DNA of 43,170 nucleotides from Betaproteobacteria bacterium (GTDB lineage Bacteria > Pseudomonadota > Gammaproteobacteria > Burkholderiales > Usitatibacteraceae): contig JANNRY010000456.1 in NCBI GenBank assembly GCA_031401935.1, forward strand, positions 1-43,170, in the 5' to 3' direction. Every line of letters begins with the position of its first letter. Within the stretch, counting starts at the first letter, position 1. The position numbers and the translations under genes are program-made. Of the stretch, positions 8,205 through 15,948 are shown in pieces. The notes under the pieces are model-generated. The model searched no databases, had not been told where the DNA came from, and saw nothing but the letters and a program-made list of their open reading frames with translations.

Positions 8205-9110
8205 TTAGAAGCCGACCTGAACAGACAGGTAGGTGCCCTTCTGTTTGTCTTTGATTACGATATTGCCCAGATTGGCGTAGGCCAATGTGACCGACACATT
8301 TTTGGTCGGCGCCCAGGCGACGAAGACGTCATACCAATTGTCTTCCTTGAACGGCAGATGGTCGGGCTTCTGGCGGAATTCCGCGCCGATAGCCAGATTC
8401 TTCCGCAGCAGTAACGCCGCCGAGGCTTCAAAGACCGCGTCGTATTTGTCGCGCGCGGCGGTACCGAAACCGAGGATGCCGGTCTGGTTGGCTTTGGTGA
8501 AGCGCACCGTGCCGTTCAGCAACACACTTTGCGCGAGGAAAATCTTGGTCGCGGAAACGTAGTAGTCGGTGCCTTTGTCGCTTTTAATACCGAGCGCGCG
8601 CAATAAGTCGCCACGATCATTTTGCTTGTGCTGAACACCCACCGCGATTTGCGGCAGCCATGAATCCTGTTCAAGCACCGCTTCGCCAGCGACTTTTACT
8701 TTGACGGCATAGATTTTTTGCGTAAATTTGTAACCGTTGCCGAGCCCAAGCAGACCACCCACTTCGCGGGTATCAAATTTTTGCTCGGCAAACGACAGCT
8801 CAACACGATCATAAATGCCGACCAATGCACCGCCGCTGCGAAGTTCATAGTCCTGAGAGCGCACATTTGTGAAAAATGCATTGGCACCTATTTGATCTTT
8901 AGTACCGTAGCCGCCGATGACCGCCCAAGGCGTCAAACCGCCGCCAGCGGAGCCTTCAATACTTGTGACGCCACCAGTCAGGAGCAGCTTGCTGCTGGAG
9001 GTGAAATCACCTGTTTGTGCATTGGCAGCGGTGGTGAGTAATGCACCGCCAAGCATTATTGTGATCGCAATGGCGCGCGCCATTTTCTGATGAACGTGAT
9101 ACTTCTGCAT
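8205..9110 (-). CDS. outer-membrane beta-barrel protein of unknown function (DUF3034-like by recollection)
   Basis: 301 aa. Signal ...LGGALLTTAANA|Q, a GGGLTPWA motif, alternating beta strands and a C-terminal ...YLSVQVGF. It sits 29 bp upstream of the globin gene on the same strand. Confidence 0.7.
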   Translation of the reverse strand: MQKYHVHQKMARAIAITIMLGGALLTTAANAQTGDFTSSSKLLLTGGVTSIEGSAGGGLTPWAVIGGYGTKDQIGANAFFTNVRSQDYELRSGGALVGIYDRVELSFAEQKFDTREVGGLLGLGNGYKFTQKIYAVKVKVAGEAVLEQDSWLPQIAVGVQHKQNDRGDLLRALGIKSDKGTDYYVSATKIFLAQSVLLNGTVRFTKANQTGILGFGTAARDKYDAVFEASAALLLRKNLAIGAEFRQKPDHLPFKEDNWYDVFVAWAPTKNVSVTLAYANLGNIVIKDKQKGTYLSVQVGF

Positions 9111-9224
9111 GGGTGTTCCTCTCTGAGGTGATGACTTGATAAATCCTTGCGTACGCGAGGTTTACGCGGATATTTGTTGCGCGGATTCACATTACCCAGA
9201 GAAATAGTTTTGATCCGGTAAATT

Positions 9225-9242
9225 TTGTGAACTGGTTCACAA
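9225..9242. promoter_or_regulatory. CRP/FNR-family type operator: perfect palindrome TTGTGAAC-TG-GTTCACAA (TGTGA-N6-TCACA)
   Basis: Read directly from the sequence. It lies about 116 bp upstream of the beta-barrel/globin operon start and about 130 bp upstream of tRNA-Gly. Confidence 0.45.
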
Positions 9243-9373
9243 CTTGGCGAAAATCGATATGAATTTAGCGGGAATGGCATCCAGTTTTATGCGCGTGTGT
9301 GGCACCTGCGCAGCCATCGAGCGATGCCCGCGCGCAACAGAATGCAGCTACAATTGCAGAGCCATATTAATTC

Positions 9374-9447
9374 GCGGGCGTCGTATAGTGGTAATACCCT
9401 AGCTTCCCAAGCTAGAGCTGACGGTTCGATTCCGTTCGCCCGCTCCA
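9374..9447 (+). tRNA. tRNA-Gly (anticodon CCC)
   Basis: Manual cloverleaf: acceptor GCGGGCG/CGCCCGC, anticodon stem CTAGC/GCTAG with loop TTCCCAA, T-arm GACGG-TTCGATT-CCGTT, encoded CCA. 74 nt. Confidence 0.95.
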
Positions 9448-9490
9448 AAACAAAAAGCCCGCAACATTGCGGGCTTTTTGTTTTGGAGCG
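9441..9490. terminator. 50-bp perfect palindrome / bidirectional terminator overlapping the tRNA-Gly 3' end
   Basis: CGCTCCAAAACAAAAAGCCCGC-aacatt-GCGGGCTTTTTGTTTTGGAGCG: 22-nt arms whose core GC stem is flanked by A and T runs. Confidence 0.75.
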
Positions 9491-9501
9491 CATGAGAACC
9501 T

Positions 9502-10101
9502 CTAAGCGAGATCCTGAACGAGGGCCGCTCTGGTTTCGCTGCTTACTTCCATGGCCACCGTGTACTGCTGATGATCCACTCCCATCGCAAGTGTGACGCC
9601 GTATTTCAGTGCTGCGGCCATTTCCTGGGTAAGTTCAAAACGCAAAAAATGCACTGCGGATGTCTTGGTATCATTTTCGCGTTGCAAGTCCTCGTCGGCG
9701 ATGGCGTAAACCTTTTTGCTGCCTTCGACCTGAATCCAGGTTTTGTCTTCGATGCCTTTTAGTTTGGTGAGCGCAACACGGCGTTCTGCTTCGTCCACGT
9801 ACTCGATGAGCATGGTGGCTTTGAAATTGCGTCCGTCCGGGACCAGTGGCGTGTAGGCATCCAGTTCGTCCTGAATACCGGCTTCCTCAAACGTTTTTTC
9901 GACGCGCAGGACTTCCTGAATCTGGTAACGAATCGTCATTTCGTCTTCGAACAGCAGTGTGACATGGTCGCCAATGTGCGCAGTGCGCAGGCGCTTATGC
10001 ACGATAGCATTGGCGCGAAACTCCTTGCGGGCTTTTGCATAGGCTTCGAGGGACATCAGGCTTTCGCGGGTAATTTTTTTCATGGTTGTCGTTGTCATCA
10101 T
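9502..10101 (-). CDS. DUF3501-family protein
   Basis: 199 aa. The sequence (HIGDHVTLLFEDEMTIRYQIQE..., LIEY) matches my recollection of DUF3501. Placement next to a CCG-type Fe-S protein and rubrerythrin is typical of that family. Confidence 0.75.
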   Translation of the reverse strand: MMTTTTMKKITRESLMSLEAYAKARKEFRANAIVHKRLRTAHIGDHVTLLFEDEMTIRYQIQEVLRVEKTFEEAGIQDELDAYTPLVPDGRNFKATMLIEYVDEAERRVALTKLKGIEDKTWIQVEGSKKVYAIADEDLQRENDTKTSAVHFLRFELTQEMAAALKYGVTLAMGVDHQQYTVAMEVSSETRAALVQDLA

Positions 10102-10108
10102 ATTTGTC

Positions 10109-11467
10109 TCAGTCGGGTAATCCGTAAGCTTTTCGGATCAGTGTTATGGGGTGCGCGATTTGCGCTTTGTGATTGGGTTGGTCTTTCTTGAGCAATGCAA
10201 CGCCTTGCTCAATGTGGTGTGCTGCAAGCTGGCAATCAGAGCTGATGTAATCGGGTTCGGCCTCACTCATCTGGCGAAACACGGGCTTGCCGATCTTTAA
10301 TGCAATTTCGTGAAATTCCTTTTTGACGCCCCAGGTGCCCGCGTGCCCCGAGCATCGCTCGACGGTGGTGACCTTCGTATCAGGAACCATCTCCAGCATT
10401 TCACGGGTCTTTTGCCCGACGTTCTGCACTCTGGAATGGCAGGGAATGTGATACGACACATTACCCAGCTTCGATGTGAAATCTTTCTTCAGCAAACCAT
10501 CTTTCTCGCGTCCGATCAGGTACTCGAACGGGTCCATCATCGCGGCCTTCACCGCTTGCACGTCTGCGTCATGCGGAAACATGAGTGGCAATTCCTGCTT
10601 GAACATCAGCGTGCACGATGGAATCGGCGTGATGATCGTGTAGCCGTCATGGGCGAGTTTGGCTAACGGCGGAATATTTTTCTCTTTCAGCGCTGCGACC
10701 GATTCGAGATCGCCAAGCTCAAGCTTGGGCATACCGCAGCAGGCTTCTTTCTCAACGATCACGTAAGCGATATCGTTGTGGTCAAGTATCTTGGTGAGGT
10801 CAAAGCCGATGCCGGGCTCGTTGTAATTCACGTAGCAGGTTGAAAATATTGCCACCTTGCCTTTGGTGCGTTTGCCGTCTACGGGCGCCGTGGTTCTGCT
10901 GGTCGCCGCGTTTTTCCGGAAGGTCTTGCTGGCGAATTCTGGCAGCCATGCATCTTTGTGTACGCCAATGGTGGATTCCATCATTTTGCGAACCATCGGA
11001 ATCTTTGCCGACGCGTTTACGAACTGCACCACGACCGGAATGGTGGCCAATTTGCCGTTGCGATCAGTCGATGAGAGATTGGTGTCGCGGAATTTGGTAG
11101 GTGTGCCTTGTTTGAACTGGATGGCTTTGGCGCGCAGCATCAGGTGCGGAAAATCCACATTCCACGGATGTGGCGGAACGTACGGGCACTTGGTCATGTA
11201 GCAGACATCGCACAAATAACATTGATCGACGACTTCCCAATATTTTTCCTTGGGCACGCCGTCCATTTCGAGGGTTGGGCTTTCGTCGATAAGATCAAAC
11301 AGTCGCGGAAAGGCATTGCACAGCGAAACACAGCGACGGCAACCGTGACAAATATCAAACACCCGTTCCATTTCTTTCAGCGCGGATTCAGCCGAGTAAA
11401 AATCGGGGTTGTGCCAATCAATGGGATGCCGTGTGGGTGCCTCTAGGCTGCCTTCGCGGGATGACAT
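10109..11467 (-). CDS. (Fe-S)-binding oxidoreductase, heterodisulfide-reductase/GlpC-like (two 4Fe-4S motifs + two CCG domains)
   Basis: ORF 10109..11542, trimmed to the ATG at 11465-11467 (MSSREGS...). Ferredoxin-type motifs CHGCRRCVSLC and CYLCDVCYMTKCP. C-terminal CCG-type cysteine motifs (STCYVNY...ACCGMP; PCHSRVQ...ERCSGHAG). Confidence 0.85.
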   Translation of the reverse strand: MSSREGSLEAPTRHPIDWHNPDFYSAESALKEMERVFDICHGCRRCVSLCNAFPRLFDLIDESPTLEMDGVPKEKYWEVVDQCYLCDVCYMTKCPYVPPHPWNVDFPHLMLRAKAIQFKQGTPTKFRDTNLSSTDRNGKLATIPVVVQFVNASAKIPMVRKMMESTIGVHKDAWLPEFASKTFRKNAATSRTTAPVDGKRTKGKVAIFSTCYVNYNEPGIGFDLTKILDHNDIAYVIVEKEACCGMPKLELGDLESVAALKEKNIPPLAKLAHDGYTIITPIPSCTLMFKQELPLMFPHDADVQAVKAAMMDPFEYLIGREKDGLLKKDFTSKLGNVSYHIPCHSRVQNVGQKTREMLEMVPDTKVTTVERCSGHAGTWGVKKEFHEIALKIGKPVFRQMSEAEPDYISSDCQLAAHHIEQGVALLKKDQPNHKAQIAHPITLIRKAYGLPD

Positions 11468-11506
11468 TTTTTGACCTTGTGGTTTGTAAGAGTTGGCAAA
11501 TAAATC

Positions 11507-11544
11507 AGGTGGGGAAACGAAGCGAAGCGAGCGTTTCCCCACCT
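11507..11544 (-). terminator. strong intra-operon hairpin (13-bp perfect stem) between rubrerythrin and the Fe-S gene; possible attenuator or processing site
   Basis: AGGTGGGGAAACG-12 nt-CGTTTCCCCACCT, followed on the minus strand by the T-rich TGATTTATTT. A second, weaker hairpin TGCCTC/GAGGCA lies at 11553-11572. Confidence 0.45.
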
Positions 11545-11606
11545 GGTATTGATGCCTCGTTGCGTTGAGGCACTTGGGTGTTTGAAGCCTTTACGTCATT
11601 ACGTCT

Positions 11607-12029
11607 TTACGCTGTGACTAGCGCGTCAAGCGCCTTCTGGAACTTGTTCGCGTGCGAGCGTTCTGCTTTTGCCAGCGTCTCAAACCAGTCGCCAATTTCT
11701 TCAAACCCTTCTTCGCGCGCAGATTTGGCCATGCCGGGGTACATATCAGTGTACTCGTGCGTCTCGCCAGCGACAGCGGATTTCAGATTGTTTTCCGAGC
11801 TGCCAATCGGCAAATCGGTGGCAGGATCGCCAACGTTTGCGAGGTAATCCAGATGCCCGTGCGCATGGCCGGTTTCGCCCTCGGCGGTCGCACGAAACAA
11901 TGCAGCGACTTCTGTATTGCCTTCGACGTCAGCCTTGTTTGCGAAATACAAATAACGACGGTTCGCCTGACTTTCGCCGGCAAATGCGGCTTTCAAATTG
12001 TCGTGGGTTTTGGTGCCTTTGAGTTTCAT
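11607..12029 (-). CDS. rubrerythrin-family diiron protein (ferritin-like domain only, no rubredoxin domain)
   Basis: 140 aa. Two ExxH diiron motifs ([21 protein letters not shown]) plus ligands in [11 protein letters not shown] and [17 protein letters not shown]. Confidence 0.9.
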   Translation of the reverse strand: MKLKGTKTHDNLKAAFAGESQANRRYLYFANKADVEGNTEVAALFRATAEGETGHAHGHLDYLANVGDPATDLPIGSSENNLKSAVAGETHEYTDMYPGMAKSAREEGFEEIGDWFETLAKAERSHANKFQKALDALVTA

Positions 12030-12227
12030 GAGAAATCTCCTGTTGAATAATCAATCGATTGTCTGCGTTGCGCAGAGCGTAACCATACTCCGTTCAGCAT
12101 CATTGCTCCAATAGATTGATTCGATGATTACAATAGTGGCTGACTATTACGCAATTGGTGCCCTCAGCCGATCAGCCGCCGCAGAGTCGCGTGCTACCAT
12201 CGCGGCCAACACTCGATTCCAAATGTC

Positions 12228-13277
12228 ATGAGCGCGTTCGCAAAAAAGATTATCATGTGGCAAAAACGCGATGGACGCCACGACCTGCCATGGCAAAAAA
12301 CACGTGATCCATACCGGATATGGCTGTCGGAAATCATGCTGCAACAGACGCAAGTTTCAGCAGTCGTTCCTTACTACGCGCGCTTTCTCGAACGATTCCC
12401 CGATATCGCCACGCTGGCGTCAGCATCAATTGATGAAGTGATGCCGTACTGGGCTGGCCTTGGCTACTACGCGCGCGCTCGAAATCTCCACCGTGGCGCG
12501 CAGCAAATCATGGCGATGTATCACGGCAGTTTCCCGAAAGACTTTGACGCCATCCATGCCTTGTCGGGGATTGGGCGCTCGACTGCAGCGGCGATCAGCG
12601 CGTTTGCGTTTGGAGAAAAGTGCGCGATTCTCGATGGCAACGTGAAGCGCGTATTCGCGCGCCATTTTTGTGTGGAAGGCGATGTCACGAGCAAACCAGT
12701 GGAAGACCGTTTGTGGCTGATCGCCGAGGCAAATTTGCCTGCCACGGATATTGAATCGTATACGCAAGGTTTGATGGACCTCGGTGCCACCGTTTGCAAA
12801 CGTAGCCAGCCATCCTGCCTGATTTGCCCGGTGCGAAAAAGCTGTGTGGCCCTTGATCAGGGACGGGTTGATGAGTTGCCCGGTAAACGCATTCGGCGGG
12901 AAATTCCACATCGGGAAACGCGCATGCTGGTGATCATTTATGCAGGCGAAGTGTTGCTCGAAAAACGACCGATGACAGGTATTTGGGGCGGCTTGTGGAG
13001 CCTGCCCGAAATGGCGGTCGATGCCGATGTGTTGAAAACGCTGCACATACGCCACGGCCTCACCGCGCGCAAGACCAAAGAAATGCTGACGGTCGAACAC
13101 GGCTTCACGCATTTTTCGCTATCAATTCATCCGGTCCAAATCACCCCGGCTAAACCGCCGCCACGCGCCATGGAACCCGGTGCGATCTGGCTTAATCTGG
13201 ATGACGCGATCGCCGCCGCGATTCCAGCACCGGTGAAACGAATCCTTGAAAGCGTGAGGTCAGGTCGTCAGAGCTGA
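12228..13277 (+). CDS. mutY: A/G-specific adenine DNA glycosylase
   Basis: 349 aa. N-terminal WY...RDLPWQ...DPYRIWLSEIMLQQTQV, a HhH-GPD region, a 4Fe-4S loop C-x6-C-x2-C-x5-C (CKRSQPSCLICPVRKSC) and a NUDIX-like C-terminus. Confidence 0.93.
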   Translation: MSAFAKKIIMWQKRDGRHDLPWQKTRDPYRIWLSEIMLQQTQVSAVVPYYARFLERFPDIATLASASIDEVMPYWAGLGYYARARNLHRGAQQIMAMYHGSFPKDFDAIHALSGIGRSTAAAISAFAFGEKCAILDGNVKRVFARHFCVEGDVTSKPVEDRLWLIAEANLPATDIESYTQGLMDLGATVCKRSQPSCLICPVRKSCVALDQGRVDELPGKRIRREIPHRETRMLVIIYAGEVLLEKRPMTGIWGGLWSLPEMAVDADVLKTLHIRHGLTARKTKEMLTVEHGFTHFSLSIHPVQITPAKPPPRAMEPGAIWLNLDDAIAAAIPAPVKRILESVRSGRQS

Positions 13278-13394
13278 ATTGGATTGAATATTTTAAACAC
13301 AAGCACTGGTGCGGGTTTTAGGCGGTTTGTGTTCCAAGATGCCCGTCAATTGGCGCTCTATGTAAAATCTTTCTGTTTTACGGACATAGACTGA

Positions 13395-14231
13395 TCATCC
13401 CAGATCACGGTGTCGAATCAGCACTTGCTGCTCTGAGCCAAAACGTTGCGCTAGCTCTTCCACAATATAAACGGAGCGGTGCTGCCCCCCGGTACAGCCG
13501 ATGGCAATGGTCAGTGCGGCGCGGTTGTCCAACATATAGGACGGCAACCAACGAGTCAAAAACGAGGTGATGTCGTCTATGAGATGCGCAACATTTAGAT
13601 CCGCTTGAAGGAATGCCTTTACCTCGGGGTCCTTGCCGGTCAGCGGGCGTAACAGCGGGTCGTAATACGGATTCGGCAGGAAGCGCACATCGAACACCAG
13701 ATCGGCATCGATTGGAATGCCGTGCTTGAAACCGAATGACTGAAACGCCAACGCAATGCGATTGCGGTCCAACTTGAGCCAGTCCTTGATCCATCCTCGC
13801 AGTACGTTTGGATTGACATCAGAAGTATCCAGGCGATGCCCAAGCTCCGAAATGTCGGCCAGTATCCGGCGCTCTTCGGTAATGCAAGCGATCATGCCGC
13901 CGGAAATTTTTTCAGCCAACGGATGTGGGCGACGCGTCTCGGAAAATCTTCGCGCCAGTGCTTCGTCGTTGGCATCCAGGAATATTACGCGGCAATCAAA
14001 CCCGCTCGCATTTAACTGCTCAATCGTATGCGGCAGCGTGGTCAGCGTCTCGCCGGTGCGGGCGTCGATGCTGATGGCGACTTTTTCGCTGCTGGATTTG
14101 ATGGAATCGATCAGCGCAGAAATTAGACTTGCGGGAAGATTATCGACCGCAAAATAACCAGCATCTTCGAGCGCCTTCAACGCCACACTTTTGCCCGACC
14201 CCGACAGCCCGCTGACGAGAATGAGCTGCAT
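13395..14231 (-). CDS. rapZ: RNase adapter protein RapZ (YhbJ)
   Basis: 278 aa. Walker A GLSGSGKS, DNLP and the C-terminal GCTGGQHRSV motif. Confidence 0.93.
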   Translation of the reverse strand: MQLILVSGLSGSGKSVALKALEDAGYFAVDNLPASLISALIDSIKSSSEKVAISIDARTGETLTTLPHTIEQLNASGFDCRVIFLDANDEALARRFSETRRPHPLAEKISGGMIACITEERRILADISELGHRLDTSDVNPNVLRGWIKDWLKLDRNRIALAFQSFGFKHGIPIDADLVFDVRFLPNPYYDPLLRPLTGKDPEVKAFLQADLNVAHLIDDITSFLTRWLPSYMLDNRAALTIAIGCTGGQHRSVYIVEELAQRFGSEQQVLIRHRDLG

Positions 14232-14279
14232 TATTGGGCAATCCGCGGTGCTGGCTTCAATTGCATGGCGATTGGAGGC

Positions 14280-15293
14280 TCACTCAATACCATAAGCACG
14301 AAACGCGCTGGTATCGTTGAAGCTATCAATAGTTTTGGTGCTGGCATTGCCGTCTGGTTGTTCGCGCATTGCCTCATCGTGCCTATCGAGGAAATCTTTG
14401 GTGGAATCGTAGCCGCGTGTTTGCAGAATGTAATGGCGCACAGCCGCTTCGACCAGCACGGCGAGGTTGCGTCCTGCAACCACAGCCAGCGTAACGGTCG
14501 GGATTTCGACGCCAAGAATTGTGGTCGCACTGGATTTTGTTTGCAACCGGTCGAGCGTGCGAAAGTATTCGTCGGTCGGTCGTTCAAGATGCACAATCAG
14601 CCGCAAAGTTTTACGCGGTCTGACGGCAGTTTCACCGAAAATCGCTTTGATATTCAACACGCCAATCCCGCGAACTTCGAGAAAATCGCGCAGCAGTGCA
14701 GGGCAGCGTCCCTGAATCGTTTCCGGCCCGACTTGATAAAGTTCGACCGCATCGTCGGCCACCAAACCAGCACCGCGCGAAATCAGCTCAAGCGCCAATT
14801 CGCTTTTGCCGATTTGTGAGTCGCCAGTGATGAGTGTACCGAAGCCGAGCACATCAAGAAAGACGCCGTGGCTTGAGGTGACCTCGGATAGTTCGCGTTG
14901 CAGATACGGCCTGAGCAGGTTGACGAAAACGCGGCTCTGCTTTTGCGAAAGAAATAACGGTGTTGCGTGCTGATCGCACGCGTCGACCAGGAAATCCGGC
15001 GCGTCGGCACCATCGCACAAAAAAATACAAAGTGTCTCGCCGGTGCAAAGAGCAGTCAGGCTTTCGGCGCGTGCCACTGCCGGCTGGTTGCTCAAGTATT
15101 CGAGATCACTGACGCCAAGCGCTTGCATCAGGATGGGATGGATAAGGTTTAAATGCCCCACCAGACCAACGCCGGGGCGATCAAGCGCCTCCTGCGTGAG
15201 TTCCCGCGAGGCACCCCGCTGACCGCCAACCCAGGTCAGTTGCAGTTTTTCGCGTCGATCATCAAACAGCTGCTGTACGCTTAATCGGGGCAT
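14280..15293 (-). CDS. hprK: HPr kinase/phosphorylase
   Basis: 337 aa. P-loop GDSQIGKSELALEL and the signature LEVRGIGVLN. Overlaps the ptsN 3' end by 32 nt. Confidence 0.92.
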   Translation of the reverse strand: MPRLSVQQLFDDRREKLQLTWVGGQRGASRELTQEALDRPGVGLVGHLNLIHPILMQALGVSDLEYLSNQPAVARAESLTALCTGETLCIFLCDGADAPDFLVDACDQHATPLFLSQKQSRVFVNLLRPYLQRELSEVTSSHGVFLDVLGFGTLITGDSQIGKSELALELISRGAGLVADDAVELYQVGPETIQGRCPALLRDFLEVRGIGVLNIKAIFGETAVRPRKTLRLIVHLERPTDEYFRTLDRLQTKSSATTILGVEIPTVTLAVVAGRNLAVLVEAAVRHYILQTRGYDSTKDFLDRHDEAMREQPDGNASTKTIDSFNDTSAFRAYGIE

Positions 15294-15747
15294 ACGGCAG
15301 CCATTCAGTCAGTAATTTATGGACCACCAGCGGGTCCGATTCCTGCAATAAGGCCTCACGCAATTCGGCGTCGCTGAACATTTGTGCGAGTTCCGAAAGC
15401 ATATTCAAGTGCTGTTCTGTGGCATTTGCCGGCACCAGCATCGCAAATACCAGACGCACCGGTTCTCCATCGGGTGACTCAAACGGAATCCCATCTTTGG
15501 AGCGCACGAATGCCGCAACCGTGTCCCGCAAATTTTTGATGCGTCCGTGTGGAATGGCTACCTGAAAACCCAATCCGGTGGAGCCAAGTTTTTCACGCGC
15601 AAAAAGTGCGTCAAACACGCTGGCCCGTGCGATTTTGTTTTCATTCTCGAACATCAAACCGATTTGCTCGAACAGGCGTTTTTTACTGGTCACATCGGCG
15701 TCGAGGGCGACGCGCGGGAGAGAAAGTGTTTTGCTAATGAAATTCAT
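15262..15747 (-). CDS. ptsN: PTS-Ntr EIIA (nitrogen regulatory protein PtsN)
   Basis: ORF 15262..15942, trimmed to the ATG at 15745-15747 (MNFISKTLSL...). EIIA-Ntr active-site region GLGFQVAIPHGR. Length is 161 aa. Confidence 0.9.
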   Translation of the reverse strand: MNFISKTLSLPRVALDADVTSKKRLFEQIGLMFENENKIARASVFDALFAREKLGSTGLGFQVAIPHGRIKNLRDTVAAFVRSKDGIPFESPDGEPVRLVFAMLVPANATEQHLNMLSELAQMFSDAELREALLQESDPLVVHKLLTEWLPYAPIKRTAAV

Positions 15748-15948
15748 GGGGCAGATGCGAGCTGACGGGCTGAGAAATGGCGTTTGCTGCGGGCCGGAAA
15801 TGGCCCATAGGATAACGTCTTTTGACGGCGGTGGGTTGGGGATGGCTAATGGGGGAAATACGCAGAAGGGAATGTGCGATTGCTGGTGCAGAGGAGCGCG
15901 AAAGTTGGCGCGAAGTGATGGTCGGCATGATGTGCCGACCATCGACGG

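Noticed and set aside
9300-9314. Sigma-54-like TGGCAC-N5-CAGC about 60 nt upstream of tRNA-Gly
   Set aside because: The -12 element is imperfect (CAGC versus TTGC). A sigma-54-dependent tRNA promoter would be very unusual, and no enhancer-binding protein context is present.
12426-13112. 228-aa minus-strand ORF inside mutY
   Set aside because: It is the antisense shadow of mutY, and the plus frame has the HhH-GPD and Fe-S loop motifs. The same reasoning applies to 27263-28114 (antisense of pilY1), 34539-35228 and 35727-36308 (antisense of ileS), and 42542-43162 (antisense of argG).
13304-13372. Possible fourth copy of the REP-like element between mutY and rapZ (AAACACAAGCACTGGTG...), and a collapsed remnant at 7570-7594
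   Set aside because: Only the 5' arm is reasonably similar, and the 3' arm needs indels to align. They are kept as a note inside the REP finding rather than called as features.
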